Assembly: GCA_977016875.1 (NCBI GenBank)
Contig: CDRNST010000025.1
Location: forward strand, 372,001 to 436,000
DNA length: 64,000 bases
Origin: Pavona decussata
Taxonomy: Eukaryota
Reading direction: 5' to 3'
Both the position numbers and the translations under genes were made by a program. Numbering within the stretch: the first letter of the stretch is position 1; every line of letters starts with the position of its first letter. Below, piece by piece: positions 25,738 through 36,599 of the stretch. The notes under the pieces were generated by a model that saw only the letters and a list, made by a program, of their open reading frames with translations, did no database searches and was not told the origin of the DNA.

Positions 25738-26634
25738 ATGAATGACCCTAGCAGCGTGTGGTTTATCCTTCCTATGGCCGCCATTCCATTCTTCATCACT
25801 GGATTAATTGGAAACGTGTTAGTCATCCGAATTGTTCATACAACACGCGACATGCATACGACGACGAATTACCTCTTGGCTAACCTAGCTGTTGGCGACG
25901 TTATCACCATTTTGTGTCTGTTTCCATCCTTCTTGATTTACAATCAACCAGACTATCCAGTTGGAAAATTTGTTTGCAAGTCGTCAACGATCGGTAGCAC
26001 TTCCTTACTCTGTTCTTCCTTTACTCTGACGGTACTAGTGGTGGAAAGATATCACGCTTTGCTGAAGCCTTTCAGAACAGGATTACGGTTAAAAGAAGAC
26101 AACATTAAACAGGCGATCGCTGCTGTTTAGATATCAAGCGTCGCCATCTCTCTGCCCGGCTTCTTTTTAAGTGAATGGAGCGAAAAACACTCTTCATGTG
26201 TCACGCACAAAGTGCACGTCCTCATAATTTGTGTAGTTAGCACTTATATTCCAACAACAGTATTTCTTTATTGTTATGGATCCTTGATCAAAGCACTGTA
26301 CTTTTCTTACACGCTATGTGCTAAAAACACTGATGAAGAAAGAAACGATTCTGAGAAAAAAAAGCTTGTTATTACATTTATCCTAGCGACTGCAGGATTT
26401 GTTATTGGTTATGGACCAATCGCATTTTTTCACACAGTTAATTTTTCAGGAGACGATGAGCACATAAGCTTTGAATTCTCTAAACTTTCAGGCGTATTTT
26501 ACTTTATCTTCTTTTGTAGTCTATGTCTTAATCCTATTTTATACGCCTTTCGTAGTGCAAACTACAGAGAAGGATTTAAACGCATAATATTCTGTCGCAA
26601 ACAGCCATCACAGAATGGCATGCAAATGTCATGA
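25738..26634 (+). pseudogene. Class A GPCR, diverged A-type copy A5, TM4 Trp>stop
   Basis: TAG at 26128-26130 where paralogs have TGG (W4.50). The frame continues in phase to TGA at 26634. Confidence 0.88.
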
Positions 26635-28239
26635 CCGGTTATCTTAACTCTTCAGTATTCCATTTTAATGCCAAGGATTTCTGTTTGTTTGGTTGTTGTT
26701 CTTGTCTTTTAACTAGTTTATTGACAAGGTAGTCGCTGCCTTTGATTGTATGGGCTTGTAGTTTTTAATAGTTTCTTGTATTCTTAGTTGCTCTTAACAA
26801 TTATATTTTAACAATATTGTGAAGCACAGTTGAATATATCCATATAGAGGTTTGCCCTATATAAATGTAAATTAATTAATAATTGTTTTTATTTCCTTAA
26901 AAATGTGCACTACAGAAGGAAGGGCAACCATCCTCTCTGATATTTATCGCAGCCTTGCATGACTTCTTGTGTAAAAAAAGTTTTTTTTGGCGAGGGGCTT
27001 TCCGTTTGACCAAACGGTCAGTTTGTGAATGGCATGAGCTGTTTAATGACTGTCAGAATTCTTATCCTCATTGATTCTTCGCGCTATTATTCTATTGTTT
27101 TTATGTTTTATTTCCATTTCCCGAGACTTCTAAGTTTTACACACCCGATTTTGCATAAGCATTACTTGTTCTTAAATGAATCATAAAACTCAGCTGAACA
27201 AATTTCAGCTCCTGTTCAGACAAGAAATTATTAAAATTCTATTCTTTTGAGCTGTTACCTAATTTTCAAATAGCCAATTAGATGCCTCATCTTCTCTGTT
27301 ACAACTATTCTTCTATGGAACGGAACGCCACAGAAAGCAGCCTTGGTCCAAGAGCACTTCGTCTTTCATCTGAATGGCGTACATATTTTACAGTTTTTGG
27401 TAGTTTTTTGAAGTAGTATTTTGATTATAGTCGCATTTCCCCTTATTTCTATGAAAATCCAATGTATTTTTATTCTTTGTACAGACCTTAATAAACTGTT
27501 ACTACTAGCGTAGGTTAGGATCTTTCTGAGAAACCCACAATCAATCAATTAGTCAATCAATCGCTATTTTAACAAGGGTAAGTACCAATGAATTTGTGGC
27601 CTTCCTAATAGAAATTAAATACCAAAGAAGGAACTATCCTAAAAATATAATAGACTACTACATAATATACAATATAGCTAAATAGTTTTGACAGCAATAC
27701 CTAACATATATAATATCTTTACATTGGTATTGTCAGAGAGTTATTCCAAAGAGAAATGCTAAAGCTTTGTCATCTAATTGAATTAACGACGAAACAAAGC
27801 TTGTTTGAGTATTACCCAGTTTTCAACATGTACCCTAATTACATGTAAACATAAAAGCCCTTCATCGATTACAATGATTTATACAATTAGTACGCCTTAG
27901 TTACAATTAAACATGTCAAACTAAAGAGCACGAGACCTAGCTGAAGTCTTCACTTGACACATTCTATACACTAACTATGAATTACTTAAACTAAGTGATT
28001 CTAAATACTGCATGCTTTTAGCTTGGCTTGTTGCATTAGAATATATTTTCATTTGTAACTTTGACAAAAATAACGTGCTAAAATACGATTTTTTTTTTAC
28101 AAAAGATACTACTTTAGTTTTGACATACTGTACAAAGTACCAAGGATGGGCGGAGAAAAAAAAATTTCATTTCGTCGTCCGCAAACACCATGCCTGAGGC
28201 AAGCCATCGTCCGGATTACTGAAAAACCAAGCCACCGTT

Positions 28240-28269
28240 CTACTTGTTCGTTTTGAGACAAGCTGACAC
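28240..28269 (-). CDS. Predicted terminal coding exon of the HEPN-NACHT-WD40 gene (VSACLKTNK*)
   Basis: Preceded by tgttttcatctttttcttaAG. Phase 0 matches the upstream predicted exon. Confidence 0.35.
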   Translation of the reverse strand: MSACLKTNK

Positions 28270-28340
28270 CTTAAGAAAAAGATGAAAACATAAAAGCAAG
28301 TAAATGTTTGTGAGCAATGAGATGATATGTGTTAAACCTG

Positions 28341-28581
28341 GGCCCGGGTGTTCAAAGGGTGAAAAACGCTATCCGCCAGGCCTCGGTTGTTCAAAGTGCG
28401 GATAACTCTATCCAGTGGATAAATCGCTATCCAGCGGATAAAATGTACTTTAAGCAATACATTTTATCCTCTGTATAGCGATTTATCCGCTGGATAAAGT
28501 TATCCGCACTTTGAACAACTGGGACCAGATAAATTGCTATATAGTGGATAGTGAAGTTTGTTTTGTTATCACCCATCCGCC

Positions 28582-28612
<31 letters not shown>

Positions 28613-28634
28613 TCCCCCTTTGAACAAATGGGGC
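28341..28634. mobile_element. Palindromic MITE (ggccc..gttgttcaaa TIR family) with a related copy nested at 28380-28525
   Basis: Two pairs of gttcaaa/tttgaac termini. The inner copy is flanked by CAG on both sides. Many ggata/tatcc subrepeats. Confidence 0.75.
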
Positions 28635-28742
28635 CTAGATGCGAGATTTTCCTTTCTTCTTTTTGTTGTTCTTGTTGTTTTCTTTTTTCGAGTATGTCTG
28701 TGTAATTGGCTGAGAAAAAACATCTATTGAAGTAAATTATTA

Positions 28743-28929
28743 CACTCAGCTCCCTTTGTTGTGGACACCCTCGGAACCGCGAGTTAGTGTCCTTACTAGC
28801 GAGAGTCCGTAATAGCGGGAATTTATTTCAGTCAAACGTCTGTACTTTATTTTTGCCGGGAATTTAGCTGCTGCCTGCATCATAGGGGTATCCATAATAG
28901 CGAGGTGTCCGCTACGCGAGAGTTCACTG
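28743..28929. mobile_element. Degenerate TA-flanked (Tc1/mariner-type) MITE
   Basis: ta-cactcagctcc..ggacacc at left, ggtgtccgc..gagagttcactg-ta at right. Confidence 0.55.
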
Positions 28930-29645
28930 TAAATGGTATTATTCAGTTCGACACGAAACACTGGGCCACTGGAGACTAAGACGAGCCCGTGACCTTCTAC
29001 ATATCGCACACAACATCCCTACTATATTTTTCAATATTGTTGCATCTTTTGGAAATCCAAAGCACTAGTTTTACCTGCCATCTGCTTCGCTAAAAACATT
29101 ATTCTCTGTCTAGCAAACGAGTATTTTAACTTCTGTAAAAAATATGTCTTTCAAACCTTTGTCAGACCAACTCTCTTGAGCAAGCAAAAAGGCTAGGCAG
29201 AAGAAAGCGAAAACTTGGAAGTAGACCAGGTCATGTTGTTAAAGTAAAATTGTTTAATCATTGCTTTATTCGGACTCCTGTTTAACTTCCAATTGCTTTA
29301 AGACTGGTTCAGCTCCCTGGACAAAGTTGATTGCTACAAACGCCTTTTTTTCCTTCCTTTCAGAGACACCAAATTACTTGGCCGTGGCGCCCCCTGTAGT
29401 AGACTAATGCGTGACGACTATACTGAGGACGAAATCACAATACATCCTTGATATAATCATGCTACTCTTGGCCATGTGGAGAGCAAAAATCGGTTGTGCT
29501 GTTATCAAGAGGAAACATAGCATTAAGTACAGCTACGTTTAATGCCTGCAAACTAGTTCAAAGTTAGCAAAAATTATGTATCCTTGAAATCCGAACTCTT
29601 GAGTGTAAATTCAACTCAAAAAGCTACAAAAAGTACATTGCTTAC

Positions 29646-29700
29646 CTCCTTTTTTGTTGCATCTTTTCCAGGTGTTTCGTTGGTCAAAGTGCGCTGAACA
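29646..29700 (-). CDS. Predicted 55-nt coding exon of the HEPN-NACHT-WD40 gene (SVQRTLTNETPGKDATKKE)
   Basis: Acceptor ttattatttcttAG and donor GAG|GTAAGC. Open in the phase-2 frame left by the donor AG|GTAATA at 30081/30080. Confidence 0.5.
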
Positions 29701-30076
29701 CTAAGAAATAATATTAAAAAACAGGATATAGTTAGAATGTGTTTTCTTTAAAATTTACGGAGTGCTAGCGCACCAGTTACATTTCTTTTCACAGTGATGT
29801 TAAAACAAGTATTAGAGGTTAACCCATAATTTTCTCTTTGTTAGCCAGTAGATTACCTCTCTTTTTTCCTCTCTTTTTTTCTGCACCTTCTACAGCTGAT
29901 TTGTTTGTCACGCTGCGCGTGAATGTGTTTTCTTTTAAAATTTACAGACTGTGAGCACACTAGTTACATTATAATCTTTTCACTGAGATCCTGAAACTGG
30001 CACTACGGAGGTTTTGTTGTGCTTTTTTACCTTGAAATAGCATTTGCAAGATTAGAGCAGACAGGAAACTCGACTA

Positions 30077-32197
30077 TTACCTTTCAATCATTCTGCTCTC
30101 CTCACTTCTTGACAAGCGCACTCGAAGGAGTCTGAAGTTACAGCCTGATAGTCCGATGGCAATGAGGGGCATACGTAGACAGGCCCCAAGACAGAAAGGC
30201 CGTTCCTCGATATTCAAGACACTGAGTAGATGGCCAGATCTGATACTAAACAGCCTAACAATGTTAACACGACTGCAGCAAACCAAAGACTCGCCATCAC
30301 TGACAATCTTACAGTCGACAATGTCAAAATGACCGGGAAGTAAAGTGTGCACGGTTGTCCCTGTGGGAACGTTAAGAACGTGCACTCCACAGCCATTTTC
30401 AAGAGTGTTCCACGTAACAACCACATCTCCTTTGGGAGGGAACACGCATCGTGCAAACTGGCCTGGCCTTACTTCTGGGTGCAAGGGCCCCATGTGTCTT
30501 TGCCACATCACTGAAGAGGTATTTGACAATCCGCCCATCCCCAAGTATTCGAGACTTCCAGATGCTTCATTAATGATAGCCAAATCTGTGCTGTTGTTGT
30601 TACATGCCAACACCCTTCTCTGTTGAAGACAAACCGAAATGGTTGACATAACGTCTCCTCTGGAAGTAGCCAGAATGGTCACCTCAGCATGCCTTCCCAC
30701 ACATGCCACTTGCTCCTCAGATAAAGGGATCACTTTTCGGATTTCAGTCAAGTTGGACCAACGTCGGACACACACAGTCAACTCACAATTCCAGAGTTCA
30801 GGGCAATTTCCTCTTGTGAGTAAAACAACACCATCTGCAACAGGTGTGAGTGAGATGATCCAAGCTTCTTTTTGTGCCCTCAGCTCCAAACTAGAAACGT
30901 CCCACACAGTTAACTTTGTTTGAGTTTCCCACTCTTTGGTTGCCACGTAAACTCTCTCGCCATTTAAAGAAAAGCTAACCTCTCTCACCAGAGCTTTCGA
31001 ATTCTTCCCTTTTCCCTTCAGTTCAGCAACACTTAGAATACTCAAGTAGTTTAGATCAGGGCTACCCATTAATACACTTTCTTCACCAAGCTTGGCGATG
31101 CGACCAACGAAACAAAATGGAATTACACTGGCGAACTGGTCACTTGAAACGTCAATAGGGTCCCCTAGAAGAAATACTTCATCACTGCCAAACCGATGAG
31201 TGTGTCGTTCACGTTCAAAAAATTCTGCATGCCAACCTTTTGCAAGAGTTTTAAAACGACAGGTTCTTTTATAACCCAGTCTCATATGCAGACAAACAAT
31301 CTCTTGGTTGTCAACAGAAAAATTCATAAATCCAATACCCCATCCTGGATCAAACATTGTACGATACTTTGCCAAACCATTCGCCAAATCAACTGAATAA
31401 ATCGCACCTGTTGAACCGAAGCCATCATATGAAACCGCTACGAGCCTCCCATCATCAGACCATGCAAAAGAAAAAATTCTTGCATATTCGTTGACCATGA
31501 TACGAGTAACCTCTGTACCATTTTCAAGATTCCACATAATTACACAGTTACGTTTTCCTGGAAAATCAGTTAACATTTTGCTTTTGTCTTTACAAAAAGC
31601 ACAAACGGTAAAAATGCAGTCACTCGCAGGAAAGAGTTTCTTCACGTCTCCCCCAATGGTATATACGCTGGCAAGGTTTCCCTGTAAGATGAAGTCACCA
31701 AGGGGATAGAAAGCAACCGACTGGTAAAATGACATAGAACCACAATACCAGGCCCTATATGCAGTTCCAGGAGGCACGGCTTTCCAGCTGTGATATTTGT
31801 CATAGTTTCTCTTTACTAAGACTTGCCTCACCCATTCTAGCTGCCCAGTCTTGAGGGACCAGAGCTGAACTGTTCCATCCCAACACTCGCATACCGTGTA
31901 GTCTAAATCTGGAGAAACATCGGAACAGCACACGGCACTTGAACAATAAAACTGTGCTTGGATAACCCTTTGTGGACCCAGGTTGTCAATGTATTCTATG
32001 AATGGTACATCAAGGAACCTGGTCTGTAGAACATTTATCGCTTCTGGATGAAGTTCTCCTCCTCCTTCATTCAGAGCTGTTTGGAGGATAACCCAAGGAA
32101 GGTCCCTTAAGGTACTGCTGTACTTCCTTAACAGAAATACCAAGGTACTCAAGGATCTCTGGCTTCCTTCAGACAATAGGACTGATGTTTCCCTCTC
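30077..32197 (-). CDS. C-terminal WD40/beta-propeller half of an NLR-like HEPN-NACHT-WD40 protein
   Basis: ~700-aa ORF with WD-like units (DGTVQLWSLKTG, VIMWNLENG, FAWSDDG, LTVWDVSS, VRLFSIRSG). Continues the NACHT ORF after a frame change. Confidence 0.85.
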   Translation of the reverse strand, partial: ERETSVLLSEGSQRSLSTLVFLLRKYSSTLRDLPWVILQTALNEGGGELHPEAINVLQTRFLDVPFIEYIDNLGPQRVIQAQFYCSSAVCCSDVSPDLDYTVCECWDGTVQLWSLKTGQLEWVRQVLVKRNYDKYHSWKAVPPGTAYRAWYCGSMSFYQSVAFYPLGDFILQGNLASVYTIGGDVKKLFPASDCIFTVCAFCKDKSKMLTDFPGKRNCVIMWNLENGTEVTRIMVNEYARIFSFAWSDDGRLVAVSYDGFGSTGAIYSVDLANGLAKYRTMFDPGWGIGFMNFSVDNQEIVCLHMRLGYKRTCRFKTLAKGWHAEFFERERHTHRFGSDEVFLLGDPIDVSSDQFASVIPFCFVGRIAKLGEESVLMGSPDLNYLSILSVAELKGKGKNSKALVREVSFSLNGERVYVATKEWETQTKLTVWDVSSLELRAQKEAWIISLTPVADGVVLLTRGNCPELWNCELTVCVRRWSNLTEIRKVIPLSEEQVACVGRHAEVTILATSRGDVMSTISVCLQQRRVLACNNNSTDLAIINEASGSLEYLGMGGLSNTSSVMWQRHMGPLHPEVRPGQFARCVFPPKGDVVVTWNTLENGCGVHVLNVPTGTTVHTLLPGHFDIVDCKIVSDGESLVCCSRVNIVRLFSIRSGHLLSVLNIEERPFCLGACLRMPLIAIGLSGCNFRLLRVRLSRSEESRMIER

Positions 32198-32217
32198 CTG
32201 AAAACAAAACATCTCTT

Positions 32218-34302
32218 TCAATTGAAAGCTGCTACACTGTTCACACAGAGCTTGGCATACACAAGGTCTAAGCTTACCACGTACTTCTTCACCCACTCCT
32301 CCACGCTGTATGGTCTTCTGATTCCATCTAACAGTAACATGTGGTGCGTACCATGCTGAAGGGCATACGTTTCAGTGCCAACATACTGTGCATTACAAGA
32401 GCCTCTTTCCTTCACACACTCAAGCTCTTCAGCACAAAGTTTAGAGAGAATCAGGTGACCTTCCTGCTCATCCATAATGTAGTCATGCTCCCCGTAGCTT
32501 GAAACATCTGTAAGCCAGTCTTTAACTGACTTATGAATGACATGAAGACAGTCATCACGAATAGGGAGAAGGGAAGACACACTTCCTACAGCTTTTCGAA
32601 CCTTCTGCCTTGATACCAACGAGTTGCTGCTTGGTGCCAATATCTTGTAGACAAAACCAATTGGCAAGGGTTCTGTTGCAACAGTAACAGCACAAAGCAA
32701 ATTCAGGAAATTCTCTTGTCGGATACCAAGCTCCTTGATAAGCTCATTCTCGAGTCGTTTGAAATAGGAGTCATAGACAGAAGAAATCCCTAATGGAAGA
32801 TTGACATCAAGATTTCCTTGAACTAGGACTGATGGATTCTCTTCGATAAATGAAACCAGAAATGAAGCATACAGCATGAGACCCTCAGACTTCAACACTA
32901 GCTTGTTCAAAATGGCTTCAGCGTCTTCTGGTTTAATGACATGCTGTAGCTTCCTTTCATATAATGTCCTGACATCATCCAAATTCAGTTCATCGTTTGC
33001 CTCCAGCTGAAATGGTTTTAAATGTTTCAATGCTTCTGTGATGTTGCGCTGTGGACGAGTGGTAACTAAAAATCTAATCCAAACTGGAAGCTTGGAAAAG
33101 TGATTTGCAATCACATCAAGCAACTCATTGCGTTCCTGGTATTCACTTTCATCCAGGCCATCTATCACCATAAGCATGCTTGTTCTGGGCTCAGTTACGG
33201 TGCTCAGGGGTTCCTTGAAAAGCACTGCAAACAGTTCTTCCACTCCCATGTTGTTAAGATCGCTGCCCAAGTTTCTTGACAGCAGTTCTTCAAGAGCACA
33301 TTTGTACTCTGGCAGAGAATGGGATAAGTGACAGGCCAACGACTGAAGCATCAACTGAGGATTTCGGTAACGAATGTTATTGTGTTGACAAAAGTGGCTC
33401 CCTGACAATCTGCCAGCGTCTTGCATTCTTTGACAAATAACAGCGGCGATCACTGACTTCCCCATTCCTGCATTTCCACTGATTACCATCACGCGATTCT
33501 GCGAGCTTGCGTCATCCATCCACTGTTGTACTCTTCTAAAAACCCACTCACGTGTATGGTCTTGAAATTTCTGCAAGTGATACTCGATGTCTCCTCTAAA
33601 CTCTGACTTGGCAAGGTTCTGACGATTGCTTGAGACCCGCTTGAATTCTTTGAGGTCTGCCTGGATAGTGTCTAAAGATTGCCGTATGTCATTGAGCTGT
33701 GCCTTAATGTCCTCTTCCCTGCTCACCCAGTCAAACAACACATCAAGATAATCTTCCTCCCCACAGTGCTCTGTCTTCAGTCTATCTATTTCAGCTTGAT
33801 CCAGCCCAAGAGCCACAAGAACAGCGCTGATTTCTAGCCAAAGCGATTGGAATGCTGCAGCATCAATACCTGTGGTCGTCACATGACCATACAACACATT
33901 ACGATAGTATTTAACGCGGGCGAGGTTAGCCTCAAGTGAGGGGTCACCTGGCGGTGGCTTAGTGTGCCACCCCGATGTGGGAGGAGGGAGGCCACAAATC
34001 TCGATAAGTAGGAGAAACAGGAGAGTGATATCAAAAGTATTGGAGTTTGGGACACCTCCAGCAGGCGGGAATAATTTTTCCCACTGATGGCCATTTAGAA
34101 TTCTTCGACGCAAAAGGTTGTTAAGAATTGAATAACTGGTATTGAGATCCGCAGCTAAGTTGGCTGGAGGGTGATGACGATCAAAAACGTTCCTTAAGAC
34201 TGTTGTTCCGCCATCGATGAGAAGCCTTCTAAGCTTGCCTCCATTTGTCTTCTCTGGCGAACTGACCAAGGGTTTTGTTGTTGCTGGTACTGCTGTTGCC
34301 AT
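32218..34302 (-). CDS. N-terminal half: DZIP3-like HEPN domain, short coiled coil, NACHT (STAND) NTPase
   Basis: HEPN-type FDITLLFLLL..ICGL..P..GW and R-N-x4-H (RNVLYGH, 33903-33883). Walker A GNAGMGKS (33477-33454). Walker B MLMVIDGLDE (to 33148). FLVTTRP sensor. HKSVKDWL winged-helix motif. A splice acceptor (ctttcttttgtcAG) lies ~36 nt before the ATG. Confidence 0.9.
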   Translation of the reverse strand: MATAVPATTKPLVSSPEKTNGGKLRRLLIDGGTTVLRNVFDRHHPPANLAADLNTSYSILNNLLRRRILNGHQWEKLFPPAGGVPNSNTFDITLLFLLLIEICGLPPPTSGWHTKPPPGDPSLEANLARVKYYRNVLYGHVTTTGIDAAAFQSLWLEISAVLVALGLDQAEIDRLKTEHCGEEDYLDVLFDWVSREEDIKAQLNDIRQSLDTIQADLKEFKRVSSNRQNLAKSEFRGDIEYHLQKFQDHTREWVFRRVQQWMDDASSQNRVMVISGNAGMGKSVIAAVICQRMQDAGRLSGSHFCQHNNIRYRNPQLMLQSLACHLSHSLPEYKCALEELLSRNLGSDLNNMGVEELFAVLFKEPLSTVTEPRTSMLMVIDGLDESEYQERNELLDVIANHFSKLPVWIRFLVTTRPQRNITEALKHLKPFQLEANDELNLDDVRTLYERKLQHVIKPEDAEAILNKLVLKSEGLMLYASFLVSFIEENPSVLVQGNLDVNLPLGISSVYDSYFKRLENELIKELGIRQENFLNLLCAVTVATEPLPIGFVYKILAPSSNSLVSRQKVRKAVGSVSSLLPIRDDCLHVIHKSVKDWLTDVSSYGEHDYIMDEQEGHLILSKLCAEELECVKERGSCNAQYVGTETYALQHGTHHMLLLDGIRRPYSVEEWVKKYVVSLDLVYAKLCVNSVAAFN

Positions 34303-34736
34303 TCAAGTGAGAGGCGCAAAACCACTAGTACATCTGTCTGACAAAAGAAAGAACGTCACTGCAGGTTTGTACGATCGCTTCTAACGCAAACGTACATATA
34401 TTTTTTTGTTTATTGTGGGGTATGCAGAAACTGCGAACCATATATGCACCAGCGAGGAACTGGATTACGATAAATAACCTTTTTTGGCATTTTGATCAAA
34501 ATGGTAAATTAAAGTCACTGAGAATTCTTCACTTCATTGCCAAAAAAAAAAAAGTCACATCTGCTTTGCTTTACAGAGTTAACCAACATAACATAATATT
34601 ACAGCTCTACACTGAATACAGGAATTGTGGCTCGCTATTGAAAAGCTGAGAAAATCCACCGAAGGTCAGGCAAGTGCCGGGTCTTATTGAAAGAACTGTT
34701 GAGGGTACGTGCGAGGGGTTCTTTAATTCCAGTTAA

Positions 34737-35277
34737 AGGGGTATCGAATGGTCTCATTAAATTTAAAAGTGCTCGCAAAATTTGGCCTTTGCTCGAATTG
34801 CTCGCAAAAATTACACGGGCGCCCGTTTGCTCGTGCTCGCAAAATTTTTGCAACTGCTCGCATGCTCGCATTCTCGTTAACATGTGCTCGATTGCTCGAA
34901 ATTTCGTTAATCCTCCTTTGTAGTTATTCTTATCTATATATAAACGATAAATCAGTTATGATATGGTTAAAACAAAAAGGTTGAAGTATCCTTACCTCTG
35001 GCTTCAGTCTTTCTTCAACAGTTCAGCCTGTAACTGTTGTTCTGTTTTGGAGGTGTCAGCCAGATTATTGGCTATTACTTGGCGCAAAACAACGTATCCT
35101 ATTAATGAAAGAGAGATTCCAGCCAGCGGAAAACTTACGACTACTCGAAGTGCTCGCTGTCCGCCATCTGTATTTTCTAAAGTGCTCGCTGAAAAATTTG
35201 ACAACTGCTCGTGCTTGCAAAAATAAACACACTGCTCGCATGCTCGCAAATGCTCGCAAAGACCATTCGATACCCCT
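34737..35277. mobile_element. MITE with 17-bp TIR and 6-bp TSD AGTTAA
   Basis: aggggtatcgaatggtc / gaccattcgatacccct. AGTTAA at 34731-34736 and 35278-35283. Many internal TGCTCG subterminal repeats. Confidence 0.85.
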
Positions 35278-36599
35278 AGTTAAATTAAACAACAGGTGGT
35301 CACCTTTAGGGTGGTAGGGGAGAATAAGCCATCTGAAGAAGTGATGGGGGTAGGGAGGGAGGTACTTTGGGGGCAGGGGGGTACTAAGTGTATCTTTATC
35401 TTATACAATAAGTGAAACATAAGAACTAACATAAACATTGTCATCAGATTTGTATGCATTGCATGCGTATGTTTACAAATTGCTGAAGCAAGTACTATCA
35501 GCACAAAGAACGAAGATGTAAGCAGTGTTTCAGATATAACAGGGAGCTCACGTCAAAAACCTGAGAAAGCTGGCTTCTTTCTTGCCGCAGCAAATTGAGT
35601 GGTAAACTCAAGAAGATTTGGAGAGAACCAGAGCTATTGACCCGTCAAAATTTTTCATTGACTCCCTAACTTTGAAAGTTATAATCAGGAACACACTCAC
35701 GCCTCTTCACAAAGCAAAAAATTAGATGACCAGCAATTTTTTTACTACACCGCCTTGACTCTTGGTGTAAAATTATAGTTGAATTCGTTATTTTTAAAGC
35801 GCCAAAATTATGAATAGTGTTCGGATGTCTGATGTCTTAAAGAAGTGAAAAGTCCACCACTGTGGCTCAACGTAACATTCACTGCCATTCTTCAATGGCA
35901 AAAGGTTCACAGCACAAAACTTGTAAACTTTCTCCCTTCATTTTCAGGATTATTACTTTAAGACTTTTATAACAATATTAATCGACGCCACCTGTTATGA
36001 ATGCCACTTTAAATTGTTGTTGTTGTCATCTTTGAAGGTTGTTTTTTGTTAATAATTTCCAGTGTAAACACCATTGCATTACCCCCAGTAAGAGAAGATT
36101 TGGCTTCTAAAATGAGCTTCATGCGGTCAAATATTTTGCAAGAAATCAGCACCTGTTTTATTACACTTACATAAGTGTATAATTTTAAAAGAAATAAGCG
36201 GATACCATTTTCTCCTTTTAGTTTTATAAGTGATATAATGCATCACCTTTTCATACTAAAATTTGCTTAAAGGGTAGGGTATGCAATCAAAGTTCATTGA
36301 TTTTTCCATATTAAATAGAGCTAGCAATAACAATTTACAAACCAAAATTAATTCACAATGGCTTTTCATCCCCATCTAATAGGGCATTTGACCTCGTAAT
36401 CAGTCCACATAGCAGGGAAGTCAAATGCCAGGGTATTTGCCTGGATACAGTGCAAATCAAATCAACTCGAATAACTTTGTTATTCCAAGGTTTTCCATCA
36501 GTTACATCCAGTACATCATTACACATATAATCAATCAAAACACTATCCACAAGAATTCATAATATAACCTCACCTACACTACAAATAAATAGAGTAAAC

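Noticed and set aside
32200-32240. Programmed -1 ribosomal frameshift joining NACHT and WD40
   Set aside because: No X XXY YYZ slippery heptamer is visible before the TGA. Splicing or an indel explains the break better.
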